From Candidatus Moraniibacteriota bacterium (GTDB lineage Bacteria > Patescibacteriota > Minisyncoccia > Moranbacterales > UBA1568): a DNA stretch of 64,000 nucleotides. How positions within the stretch are numbered: position 1 is the first letter of the stretch; every line of letters starts with the position of its first letter. Positions 8,250 through 17,468 of this stretch are shown in pieces. The stretch covers positions 305,706 to 369,705 of the forward strand of contig CAVURJ010000002.1 of assembly GCA_963743885.1 (NCBI GenBank), in the 5' to 3' direction. The notes under the pieces were generated by a model. It was not told the DNA's origin and ran no database searches. It saw only the letters and a list, made by a program, of their open reading frames with translations. The position numbers were made by a program, and so were the translations under genes.

Positions 8250-9296
8250 ATGATCATGCGCAGTATAGAAAAGGAAAATTTTTCAGGAAAAAAAGTTCTG
8301 GTACGGGTGGATTTCAATGTCGAGATGAACAACATCGGCGAAGTCGAGGAGCATTTCCGTTTCGACATTGCCAAAAAAACCGTCGATCATATCTTGTCGT
8401 TTCCTGGGGCGAAGGTTGCACTCCTCACGCATTTCGGTCGACCGGATGGCAAGCCGGTGCCGGAATATTCTACGGGTCGCCTCGTGCCAGCTGCGGAGCG
8501 CGCTCTCGGAAGGAAGATCACCTTCGTCGATGATTGCGTAGGCGACAAAGTGATCGCGGCACTCGCTTCGCTTGAGGAGGGTTCCGTCGTTCTGCTCGAG
8601 AACGTCCGTTTCTATGCCGAGGAAGAGCGTGATGACATGGTTTTCGCTGAGCGTCTTGCCCGGCCGTTCGACCTCTATGTTAATGATGCTTTCAGTGTCT
8701 GTCATCGCGCGCATGCGTCCGTCTCGGCGGTGACGAAGCGTCTACCATCATGTGCTGGTTTCCGCGTGCTCGAAGAGGCGTCGCGGCTTGATGATGTGCG
8801 CTTCTCGCCGGAGCACCCAGCGATCGCAGTCATCGGCGGTGCCAAGATAGAGACTAAGCTGCCACTCATCCATGCGCTTGAGAGTGAGTACGACTGCATC
8901 CTGGTCGGCGGCAAGATTGCCAACGAAGCGATCGACCAGAAGATCGAGTTTTCCGACAAGGTGCTCCTGCCGAAGGATTTCGCGAAGGATCGGCTTGATA
9001 TCGGCCCCAACACGGTCGCGTATTATACTCAGATCATCAAGACAGCGAAGACGATCGTCTGGAACGGCCCGATGGGCAAGTTCGAGGAGAAGCCGTACGA
9101 TATCGGCACGGGAGCCATCCTTGAGGCGATGGTTGAGAGCCAGGCGTTCGTGGTGATCGGCGGCGGCGAGTCGCTCGCGGTTATCGAGCATGCTGGCGTC
9201 TACGACAAGATCGGTTTCGTATCATCTGGCGGCGGTGCGATGCTCGAGTACATGGGTGGCAAGAAGCTTCCAGGACTTGAGGTGTTGGAATCATAG
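8250..9296 (+). CDS. pgk: phosphoglycerate kinase
   Basis: KKVLVRVDFNV, LENVRFY..EEE, YVNDAFSVCHRAHAS, VIGGAKIETKLPLI, TIVWNGPMGKFE, VIGGGES...SSGGGAMLEY. Confidence 0.9.
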   Translation: MIMRSIEKENFSGKKVLVRVDFNVEMNNIGEVEEHFRFDIAKKTVDHILSFPGAKVALLTHFGRPDGKPVPEYSTGRLVPAAERALGRKITFVDDCVGDKVIAALASLEEGSVVLLENVRFYAEEERDDMVFAERLARPFDLYVNDAFSVCHRAHASVSAVTKRLPSCAGFRVLEEASRLDDVRFSPEHPAIAVIGGAKIETKLPLIHALESEYDCILVGGKIANEAIDQKIEFSDKVLLPKDFAKDRLDIGPNTVAYYTQIIKTAKTIVWNGPMGKFEEKPYDIGTGAILEAMVESQAFVVIGGGESLAVIEHAGVYDKIGFVSSGGGAMLEYMGGKKLPGLEVLES

Positions 9297-9334
9297 AAGA
9301 AACAAGACGTAAGAGGCAAGAAAGAGTCATGTCC

Positions 9335-9478
9335 TCTAAAAGCACCAAATCCAAAATTGCAATTTCCAAATAAATTACAATACTCAAAATCCAAATATGA
9401 CTCATATCGTTCCTGGTTTTGAAATTAGAATTTGTGATTTATTTGGAGCTTGTAATTTTGAATTTTAAGTTTTTTTGT
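9335..9478. repeat. AT-rich palindromic intergenic element, family member 3
   Basis: left half aaatccaaaattgcaatttccaaataaattacaat is approximate reverse complement of right half gaatttgtgatttatttggagcttgtaattttgaatttt. Confidence 0.4.
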
Positions 9479-9504
9479 GCATTATATTTTAATGAAAAAA
9501 TCAT

Positions 9505-10779
9505 ATGGCAAAAATAGTTGAAGTAAAGGGGAGGGAGATCCTTGATTCGCGCGGCAACCCGACGGTCGAAGTGACTGTGACGCTCGAAGACGGGACGATG
9601 GCGCGTTTTGGAGTGCCGTCCGGCGCTTCGACGGGTGCGTTCGAGGCAGTCGAGCTTCGCGACAATGATCCGAATCGCTATGGCGGCCTGGGCGTGCAGA
9701 ATGCTGTGTCGCATGTGAATGGTGAGCTCCGTGAGGCAGTCATCGGCATGGAGGCTGGTGATCAGAAAGCGCTTGATGACAAGATGATCGCGCTCGATGG
9801 TACGGAGAACAAGGGTCGCTTCGGTGCGAACGCTATCCTCGGCATATCAGCAGCCGCCTGCCGGGCAGCGGCCAAATCAGCTGGTAAGCCGCTCTATGAG
9901 CATATCTCTTCCTTGTATGACGCTAAGAAGGGGGCAAGGTATCCGGTTCCGATGTTCAACATCGTGAATGGTGGCAAGCATAGCGATTCTGGTCTTTCGG
10001 CGCAGGAGTTTAAGCTCGTGCCGTACGGTATCGCTTCATACGCAGATCAGCTGCGGGCTGGGAGCGAGATCTTCCATGCACTGAAGAAGCTTTTGGAGAA
10101 AGAAGGCTTCGCGGTTGGTGTCGGAGACGAAGGTGGCTTTGCTCCACACCTTGAGAGCCATGCGCAGGCACTTGAGATGATTGGCCAGGCTGTCGCAGCG
10201 GCCGGATACAAGCTTGGCGAGCAGGTCTTCATCGGTCTCGATGTGGCTGCCAACTCATTCTACGAATCAGCTGATGACCAGTACGCGCTCAAGCCTGAGA
10301 ATGTGAATCTTTCTCGCGAGAGCCTCATCAATGTCTATCGTGAGTGGATGGAGAAGTACGCCGTCGTTTCCATCGAAGACGGTCTCCATGAGGAGGACTG
10401 GAGCGGCTGGGCGCAGATGAAAGAGAAGCTCGAGAAGGAAGAGACGGCCTGGAAGCAGCCGCTTATGCTGATCGGCGATGATCTCCTCGTGACCAACGTG
10501 AAGCGCCTTGAGAAGGCGATCGCGGAGAACTCTTGCAATGCGGTGCTTATCAAGCTCAATCAGATTGGTACGGTGACAGAGACGCTCGCGTGTATGCGGA
10601 TGGCGGCCGAGCATAATATGAATCGTGTCATTTCGCACCGTTCAGGCGAGACGATCGACGACTTCATCGCGGACTTGGCAGTCGGTACCGGAGCGGAGTT
10701 CATCAAGACCGGATCGCTCTCTCGTGGCGAGCGCATCGCGAAGTACAATCGCCTGCTCGAGATTTCGGAAAAGCAGTAG
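9505..10779 (+). CDS. eno: enolase
   Basis: MAKIVEVKGREILDSRGNPTVEVTV...; SHRSGETID; full-length 424 aa. Confidence 0.95.
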   Translation: MAKIVEVKGREILDSRGNPTVEVTVTLEDGTMARFGVPSGASTGAFEAVELRDNDPNRYGGLGVQNAVSHVNGELREAVIGMEAGDQKALDDKMIALDGTENKGRFGANAILGISAAACRAAAKSAGKPLYEHISSLYDAKKGARYPVPMFNIVNGGKHSDSGLSAQEFKLVPYGIASYADQLRAGSEIFHALKKLLEKEGFAVGVGDEGGFAPHLESHAQALEMIGQAVAAAGYKLGEQVFIGLDVAANSFYESADDQYALKPENVNLSRESLINVYREWMEKYAVVSIEDGLHEEDWSGWAQMKEKLEKEETAWKQPLMLIGDDLLVTNVKRLEKAIAENSCNAVLIKLNQIGTVTETLACMRMAAEHNMNRVISHRSGETIDDFIADLAVGTGAEFIKTGSLSRGERIAKYNRLLEISEKQ

Positions 10780-10833
10780 GAAATAAGCTTTGGCGTCTTA
10801 GGGGTTTGTAGAAAAACGTAAACAATAAATACT

Positions 10834-13800
10834 ATGCGAAAAAATCACGTGTTTTTTGTGAGTGTTTTTTTGGTAGCGTTTTTTTGCAATAGCAGCATCG
10901 CTTCGGCGTATTATCAGGATGATGACGGTAGGTATATCGTCAATGAGGATGAGACATGGAACAAAGATAATACATATGTTTTTGATCACGAGGTCGTGGT
11001 CGATATGGGAGCAAAATTGATCATCGAGCCCGGTACAACAATCTCTTTTAGGCGTGATGATAATGGTGATGCGGTGCCGTTCAGTGTCTATGATGGCCAA
11101 GTACAGGCAATTGGGACCGAAACAGAGCCGATCGTATTCAGGCGCGAAGGCGATGATGGCGCATTCTATATTAATTTCGATGACGGAAGTAATAAGACGT
11201 CTGTTTTTAAGTACGTACGTTTTCTTGAGGGGGGTGACGCGTGGTATGTCGATGCCTGTACGGATTGTCAACAGTCGCTTTTTGAGGGTTTTTTTGTTCA
11301 TCGAGCCATGGCAGCGCAGCAAAAGGCGGGAACAGAAACGCTGAGATATTCATATGGAAAACTATTGATAGAGAACTCGGTCTTCTCGAAGAGCGCATTC
11401 ATGGATGTTTGGGCGCAAGAATCTGGAATTGGTGACATTTTTGATGAAGATGGGAAGGTCATAGGAAAAGATCCTGCGCGTCTCAATATTAGTAATTCTG
11501 ACTTTAGTGGTGACACGACGGTGCCAGCGTTGCAGGTGTATGATTCCCATTGTCCATTTGCTGATCCGAATTGCCTGAAGAAGATCACATTTAATAATAA
11601 TTGGTACAGTTCACCGAGCGGCCCGAACGCGACAAGCAATTCTCAGGGGACCGGAAAACAGGTTATCGGTGCCATCAATCTCAATGGTTGGAGCACGAGC
11701 CAATTCTTTTGTTTGGAGAATTGTCATTCGAGTGTGATGTTTCTGCCAGGATTCGAGGGGAGTAGGCTGCTTGAAGGTTCACAGCAGGTATGGGAACCAA
11801 GGGCTAATTTTGACGTGGAAAGACTGTATCTCGATAAGGGTAACAATATTTCCGTAGGAGGTATCATAGACGAGGTAAATATAACTCCGGTTACTGGTAT
11901 AGTAAACATTTACAAGACATTTGTTCGGCGGATGGATGCCATGAAGAATATTGACCACCTTATAAAGGATTGGAAGCCCGTGGCGTATGATTGGCGCCTT
12001 TCGTACGATGAAATACTTGCTGACGCATCGATTGAGAACTCCTTGAGAGATCTTGCTCTGAATTCGAATACTGGAAAAGTGACTATTGTCGCGCATTCGA
12101 ATGGCGGGTTACTTGCCAAGGCATTGATGAAGAAGATCGGCGATGCTGATACAGCGAAGCTGATTGATAAGGTTATTTTTGTGGCGGTCCCACAGGTCGG
12201 GACACCAGAGGCGATTATTGGGATGTTGAATGGCGAGAAGCAGGAAATCACACCGATGATGGATGAACGGACTGCTCGGGGATTGTCGGAGAACATGCCG
12301 GGAGCGTATCAATTGCTTCCATCAGATGAATATTTTTCGGTCGTACAGACTCCGGTTGTGACGTTTGATATTTCTGATAGTTCTGATTTGAAGGGGCGCT
12401 ATGGTGATAAAATAGAATCAAAGGGAGGACTGGATGATTTTCTCGATGATGGCCATAGGCGGGTATCGGCGATTGATGATGATATCCATACGCCGTCGAG
12501 TCTGAAGGGGAATCTTATAGACGCCGCAAAGAATGTGCATAGCTCGCTGGATGGTTGGGATGCTCCTGATGGAGTGAGAGTGGTCCAAATTGCTGGTTGG
12601 GGAGTGCCATCGACTACCAAAGGAGTAGAATACTTTTCAGAAAAGAAAAAGCATTGCGATGAATCGCTTTGTACTACGGCGGATTATCTGCGGTTAGGAG
12701 ACATCGATTCTACCATTGATGGTGATGGTACGGTGGTGTTTCCGAGCGCACTGTATATGGACGGTGGGGCAGAGAGGTATTATGTTGATTTGGCGGGATA
12801 TAATAAATCGCTTGATAGAATTTCTAATCTCCAGCTTTTAGGAATTGATCATAAAAATATTCTTGAAATTCCAGAACTCACCTCTTTTATAGTGGATTCT
12901 GTTTCTAAAAATCTGAAACCTATTGCTGATTATGATTATCTTTCGACAGAAATTCCGGATTCTGATGATGAAAATCGTATCCAGTATTCACTTCATTCAC
13001 CGCTTACTCTTGATTTATATGATGATCAGGGTCGGCATACTGGCGTGACGGCTGACGGGATTATCGAAGAGAAGATTCCAGGAACGTATTATAAACAGTT
13101 TGGTGACGTGAAGTTCATTTTCGCTGACGAGTCTTCTTCGATGCATGTCTCGATGAGTGGGTATGCCGCCGGGACATTCACGTTTTCCGTGAAGGAATTG
13201 CACGGTGACACGGAGCTCGGGGAGGTTGTATTCAAGGATATGCCGACGACCTCAGAGACCGAAGTGACCTTCGATATGCCGAGCGATCTCGCGCACGCTG
13301 GTGATTTGCATATTGATGTGGATGGGGATGAGGCGGTTGATTATCAGTTGCAGCCGAAAATAGGCGAAGTGGTGACGTTTGGAGAAAAAGACGAAATTGC
13401 CCCGACGACAACTCTTTCGCTCTTTGGTACCCAGGGAACGAATGGTTGGTATACGAGTGATGTGACAGTCACGCTCTCGGCTACGGACAATGATGGTGGC
13501 AGTGACATCGAAAAAAAGGAATACTCTCTCGATAATGGCACGACTTGGACCGCGTATGCCGATTCGTTCGTAGTCTCGACCGAAGGCACGATGACTCTCC
13601 AATATCGCTCCATCGACAAAGCTGGCAATCAGGAAGAGATGAAGACTGAAACCGTAAAGATCGACAAAATCAAGCCAATCATCACGGGGACAGCTCTTCC
13701 GGCTGCCGATGCGAACGGATGGAATACTACTGATGTTGAGGTACGTTTCGTCTGTACTGACAGTGGAGTGAGTCAGTCAGGCATTGAGACGGACATGGTA

Positions 13801-14475
13801 GCAGGGAGTACTCTGACATCAGAAGGCAAAGGGCAATCAGTGACGAATACGGGGGAATGTACCGACAAAGCTGGCAACCAGGCCATACTAGCAACGGTAT
13901 CGGGCATCAATATCGACAAAACCGCCCCGGAAGCGAAGATATCCTTCAATCCGACCACGCAGAAGCTTGATATATCAGGAACAGACAATCTTTCAGATGT
14001 TTCCGTCACTCTCCTCGAAAAACAAGAACTGACGCCATCAAATAAGAAGGTGAAGAAGATCAAAGACTGGTTCTCAAAGTGGCACGGCAAGCACAAGAAG
14101 AATCTTCCAGATATGCTCGCTACTATCACGGACCAGGCTAGTCATACTACGAGTCTTTCTTTCGAGAAGCAAGAAAACAAAGGAAATGCCTTTGTTCGCC
14201 TTCTCTCTATAGAGTATGATGGAGAGGAAGAAAATATCCTGAGAAACGCCTCTCTCGGCTATACCTGGCGCATAGACCGGAAGGGCCAGTATTTGGACTT
14301 TTCTTCATCGCTGATTACGGAGGATATTCGTCTTTTTTCCACCTACCTCTCTAAGCAGGATCGGACACTTATCCTGGAGCAGGAGAGGCGCCATCTTCTT
14401 CGTTTGACGAGCGTTGATGGGATGACAGTGCCATATCTGGAGAGTGAGAAAGGAAAAATGAAATTTGAGTATTAA
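10834..14475 (+). CDS. large secreted LCAT/PGAP1-like lipase-domain protein with beta-helix-like N-region and C-terminal Ig-like/conserved module (paralog P1)
   Basis: signal peptide; YDWR motif; nucleophile elbow VAHSNGG (AHSxG lipase variant); DGDGTV acid motif; YSLDNGTTW...YRSIDKAGNQEE beta-sandwich motif; last ~330 aa ~85-95% nt-identical to 42900-43965. Confidence 0.75.
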   Translation: MRKNHVFFVSVFLVAFFCNSSIASAYYQDDDGRYIVNEDETWNKDNTYVFDHEVVVDMGAKLIIEPGTTISFRRDDNGDAVPFSVYDGQVQAIGTETEPIVFRREGDDGAFYINFDDGSNKTSVFKYVRFLEGGDAWYVDACTDCQQSLFEGFFVHRAMAAQQKAGTETLRYSYGKLLIENSVFSKSAFMDVWAQESGIGDIFDEDGKVIGKDPARLNISNSDFSGDTTVPALQVYDSHCPFADPNCLKKITFNNNWYSSPSGPNATSNSQGTGKQVIGAINLNGWSTSQFFCLENCHSSVMFLPGFEGSRLLEGSQQVWEPRANFDVERLYLDKGNNISVGGIIDEVNITPVTGIVNIYKTFVRRMDAMKNIDHLIKDWKPVAYDWRLSYDEILADASIENSLRDLALNSNTGKVTIVAHSNGGLLAKALMKKIGDADTAKLIDKVIFVAVPQVGTPEAIIGMLNGEKQEITPMMDERTARGLSENMPGAYQLLPSDEYFSVVQTPVVTFDISDSSDLKGRYGDKIESKGGLDDFLDDGHRRVSAIDDDIHTPSSLKGNLIDAAKNVHSSLDGWDAPDGVRVVQIAGWGVPSTTKGVEYFSEKKKHCDESLCTTADYLRLGDIDSTIDGDGTVVFPSALYMDGGAERYYVDLAGYNKSLDRISNLQLLGIDHKNILEIPELTSFIVDSVSKNLKPIADYDYLSTEIPDSDDENRIQYSLHSPLTLDLYDDQGRHTGVTADGIIEEKIPGTYYKQFGDVKFIFADESSSMHVSMSGYAAGTFTFSVKELHGDTELGEVVFKDMPTTSETEVTFDMPSDLAHAGDLHIDVDGDEAVDYQLQPKIGEVVTFGEKDEIAPTTTLSLFGTQGTNGWYTSDVTVTLSATDNDGGSDIEKKEYSLDNGTTWTAYADSFVVSTEGTMTLQYRSIDKAGNQEEMKTETVKIDKIKPIITGTALPAADANGWNTTDVEVRFVCTDSGVSQSGIETDMVAGSTLTSEGKGQSVTNTGECTDKAGNQAILATVSGINIDKTAPEAKISFNPTTQKLDISGTDNLSDVSVTLLEKQELTPSNKKVKKIKDWFSKWHGKHKKNLPDMLATITDQASHTTSLSFEKQENKGNAFVRLLSIEYDGEEENILRNASLGYTWRIDRKGQYLDFSSSLITEDIRLFSTYLSKQDRTLILEQERRHLLRLTSVDGMTVPYLESEKGKMKFEY

Positions 14476-14491
14476 TTTAAAAAATATTTTT

Positions 14492-14902
14492 ATGGAAAAG
14501 TTTTGGACAAAAAAAAAGATTTTTTTTGTAGCATTTTTCGGTGTTATTTTCTTTTCTGTATCTATTTTTTCTAGGGAAATTTCTTTGTGTCCCTCATATA
14601 GTTATAGTGATTGTGCTGAGTTTTTTGATAATTTTGCTAAAATACTTTTTCCCTTTCTTTTTCTCTTTTTCTTCTCCCTCGTCACGTATTTTATGAAGGA
14701 AGAAGTTTTTCAGGCTTGGTTCCGTCTCGTCCGCATCTATATACCTGGATCCATATTTCTTATCCTTCTTGCCCCGTCCTATAGTAGTAATTGGATGTTC
14801 CCGTATGACAAGGGTATGGCGGCCGTTATCGCGTCTGTTGGCTTTATCATCGTTTCGATTATTAATATCACCTGGTCCTACAGACGGACGAAACAAAAAT
14901 AA
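14492..14902 (+). CDS. small polytopic membrane protein (type A partner; SLVTYFMKEEVFQAWFR motif); annotated from first ATG, track ORF begins at TTG 14465 overlapping P1 stop
   Basis: K-rich N-terminus followed by 3-4 hydrophobic helices; motif shared with 45058 and 46429 proteins. Confidence 0.55.
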   Translation: MEKFWTKKKIFFVAFFGVIFFSVSIFSREISLCPSYSYSDCAEFFDNFAKILFPFLFLFFFSLVTYFMKEEVFQAWFRLVRIYIPGSIFLILLAPSYSSNWMFPYDKGMAAVIASVGFIIVSIINITWSYRRTKQK

Positions 14903-14987
14903 CGGGTATTAACCCGATTTTACTGGCGCTCCGTTCGAAAACAAAAGTAAACTTTTGTTTCACTCACTACACTTGGTAATAGAAATT
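14898..14987 (+). repeat. copy B (minimal, ~90 nt) of repeated structured intergenic element, ending 1 nt before the PfkB kinase ATG
   Basis: cgggt-atta-acccg hairpin; covarying stem aaacaaaagt/acttttgttt; 3' ttggtaatagaaatt. Confidence 0.55.
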
Positions 14988-16016
14988 ATGTTGTTCAAAA
15001 AGAAACCGTTTGAAGTCATCTGTATCGGGTCGACGTCCAAGGACGTCTTCTTTCCGACGGACGAGGGGGTCATCATCGAGACGCCGGAAGATATCACCTC
15101 CAAAGTGAAGGTGGCTTTCGAGATGGGTGGGAAGTTCCGTGTGAAGAATCGCTATGAGGCGGTCGGTGGTGTCGCGGCCAACGTTGCTTGTGGTCTCGGT
15201 CGGCTCGGACACAAAGTCGCCTGCTATAGCAAGGCCGGAACGGACGAGATGGGGAAATGGGCCGTAGCGGAGCTTCGGAAGAATCACGTCTCGACTGAGC
15301 GCTTTTTCTCTGACAAGAGCGTCAAGACCGACCTTTCAGCCATCGTCGTCATGGAACAGAATGCTGAGCGCATCATCTTTCATAATCGGGATGCCAATGA
15401 GAAGCTCGAGATCATCGAGGAGCGTCTGCTTGATACCAAATGGCTCTTCGTGAGTGCTCTCAATGGCGATTGGAAGGGGAATCTCGGCAAGATCCTCGAT
15501 ATCCGCGAACGGCACGGTTTTCGGCTCGCACTCAATCCCGGCCAGCACAATATCAAGCATGATGCCCGGGAGGTGCTCCAGGCTATCCGGAAGACGGATC
15601 TGCTCATTCTCAATAAGGACGAGGCGATCGAGCTCATCATGCAGTCGCACGAGCAGTATACCCGCGAGGAGCTTGATGATGAGGTATTCCTCCTCTCGGC
15701 GCTCCACGAGGCTGGGGCCAAGACGATCGGCATGACGGACGGCAAGCGCGGCGCCTGGGGATCGGATGGCAAGGAACGCTGGTTCTGTCCGATCCATACG
15801 CGCGCTGGTGTCATCGATAGCACCGGCTGCGGCGATGCGTTCGGATCAGGGCTTTTTGCGGCACTGCTTGAGGAACGGCCGCTCGATGTGGCGCTTCGTT
15901 ATGGCATGGCGCAGAGCGGCAGTGTCGTAGGATATTACGGCGCTATCGAAGGTCTGCTCCGTCCAGAAGAGATGGAGAGTCTCATCCAGAAGATTATACC
16001 GAAACGTCTCAAATGA
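14988..16016 (+). CDS. PfkB-family carbohydrate/nucleoside kinase (ribokinase-like)
   Basis: DSTGCGDAFGSGLFAAL (PfkB signature 2, DTxGAGD-like); GG dipeptide region; start set at ATG 14988 because 14955-14987 is occupied by the repeat element. Confidence 0.8.
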   Translation: MLFKKKPFEVICIGSTSKDVFFPTDEGVIIETPEDITSKVKVAFEMGGKFRVKNRYEAVGGVAANVACGLGRLGHKVACYSKAGTDEMGKWAVAELRKNHVSTERFFSDKSVKTDLSAIVVMEQNAERIIFHNRDANEKLEIIEERLLDTKWLFVSALNGDWKGNLGKILDIRERHGFRLALNPGQHNIKHDAREVLQAIRKTDLLILNKDEAIELIMQSHEQYTREELDDEVFLLSALHEAGAKTIGMTDGKRGAWGSDGKERWFCPIHTRAGVIDSTGCGDAFGSGLFAALLEERPLDVALRYGMAQSGSVVGYYGAIEGLLRPEEMESLIQKIIPKRLK

Positions 16017-16026
16017 TGGTATACTG

Positions 16027-16172
16027 ACAGTAAACAGCTAACAGCTAACAGCTAACAGTAAACAAGATGCCCCGAAGGGATGATTCTGCGTCCAATTTGT
16101 TCTCTGTTGACTACTTATTGTTATCTGTTGATTGTTAACTGTTTCTTGTTGACTGTTCCCTGTTGATTGCTC
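16027..16172. repeat. tandem heptamer (cagctaa x3.5) plus downstream inverted partner (tgttgayt repeats) forming a long imperfect hairpin between the kinase gene and the ftsA-like gene
   Basis: aacagctaacagctaacagctaacag ... ctgttgactacttattgttatctgttgattgttaactgtttcttgttgactgttccctgttgattg. Confidence 0.45.
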
Positions 16173-16185
16173 ACTGATCTGACGT

Positions 16186-17454
16186 ATGGGTCTTTTCTCG
16201 AAACTCTCACTCAAAGGAGGCTCTGATCTCCTCTTAGCGCTCGACATCGGCACCGAAGTCGTGAAGGCGCTGATTTTTCGTGTCGATCCGGCCGAGAAAA
16301 AAGGGGTCATCATTGGCGTTGGCAAGGTACCGCAGAAGGCCGGCAATATGCAGAGCGGCGCTGTCTCTGATATCAGCGGCGTCATCGTGTCGTCGCGCGA
16401 AGCGATCGCGCTCGCCAAGGAGCGTGCCGGGGTCAAGCGCGTCGAGAAGAGCATCATCGGCATCGCGGGCGAGCTTGTGAAGGGGACGACGACCACGGTG
16501 CACTACGAGCGCGTCAATCCTGAGATGCATATCGGTATCCCCGAGCTCAAGATGATCATCCAGAAGGTTCAGGAGAAGGCATATGAGCGCATCCGCCGCC
16601 AGCTTGCCTGGGAGACGGGCCAGGACGATATCGATGTGAAGCTCATCAATGCGGCAGTCGTGGACGTGCGTATCGACGGCTATCATGTCCAGAACCCAGT
16701 CGACTTCCAGGGGCGCGATGTCTCGATGAGCGTCTTCAACGCGTATGCTCCGATGATCCATCTTGGTGCGCTTCAGACCATCGCGGACGAGCTCGATCTC
16801 GATCTGCTTTCCATCGCGGCGGAGCCGTATGCGGTCGCGCGCTCGATTGAAGTGGATGACATGCTCGATTTCAGCGCTATCTTCATCGATATTGGCGGCG
16901 GCACGACGGATATCGCTGTGGTGCGCAATGGCGGTCTGGAAGGCACCAAGATGTTCGCGCTCGGCGGTCGCGCCTTCACCAAGCGACTGGCGCAGGAGTT
17001 CGGCGTGAGCTTTGATGTCGCGGAACAAATGAAGATCGATTATTCGAACGGCAAGCTCTCGGGTGGTGACCAGACGCGCATCGCGACCCTCTATGCTGAT
17101 GACTGTCGTGTCTGGCTCGGCGGTGTGGAGCTCTCGCTCATGGAATTTGCTGAGACAGACCTCCTCCCGTCGCGTATCTTCCTCTGTGGCGGCGGTTCGG
17201 CTCTTCCGGGCATCAAGCAGGCGCTCCTCTCGCCGGAATGGGCGAAGGCGCTGCCATTTTCCAAGGCACCTCAGGTTGGTTATCTCCAGCCGCGCGATGT
17301 CGTCCGCATGACGGATGCGACCGGTGAGCTCAATAATCCGCAGGACATCACTCCGATCGGACTCGCCCATCTCGGGCTCCTCGATCACATGGAGGAAGAG
17401 AAGATGCTCTCGAGCATCCTCCGCCGCAGCATGGAGTCGATAGAGAGACGCTAA
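16186..17454 (+). CDS. ftsA: FtsA-like actin-family ATPase (FtsA/PilM superfamily)
   Basis: LALDIGTEVVKALIF (phosphate 1), FIDIGGGTTDIAVV (phosphate 2), GGRAFTKRLAQEF; 422 aa; not followed by ftsZ. Confidence 0.65.
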   Translation: MGLFSKLSLKGGSDLLLALDIGTEVVKALIFRVDPAEKKGVIIGVGKVPQKAGNMQSGAVSDISGVIVSSREAIALAKERAGVKRVEKSIIGIAGELVKGTTTTVHYERVNPEMHIGIPELKMIIQKVQEKAYERIRRQLAWETGQDDIDVKLINAAVVDVRIDGYHVQNPVDFQGRDVSMSVFNAYAPMIHLGALQTIADELDLDLLSIAAEPYAVARSIEVDDMLDFSAIFIDIGGGTTDIAVVRNGGLEGTKMFALGGRAFTKRLAQEFGVSFDVAEQMKIDYSNGKLSGGDQTRIATLYADDCRVWLGGVELSLMEFAETDLLPSRIFLCGGGSALPGIKQALLSPEWAKALPFSKAPQVGYLQPRDVVRMTDATGELNNPQDITPIGLAHLGLLDHMEEEKMLSSILRRSMESIERR

Positions 17455-17468
17455 AAATACACATTCAT

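Noticed and set aside
16027-16066. Possible CRISPR array (cagctaa repeats)
   Set aside because: The 7-nt unit is directly tandem without spacers and there are no cas genes. It is a microsatellite-like repeat, not CRISPR.
16234-17388. 384-aa ORF on the minus strand
   Set aside because: Antisense to the well-supported ftsA-like gene in GC-rich coding DNA. Arg/Asp-rich low-complexity translation typical of spurious antisense ORFs.
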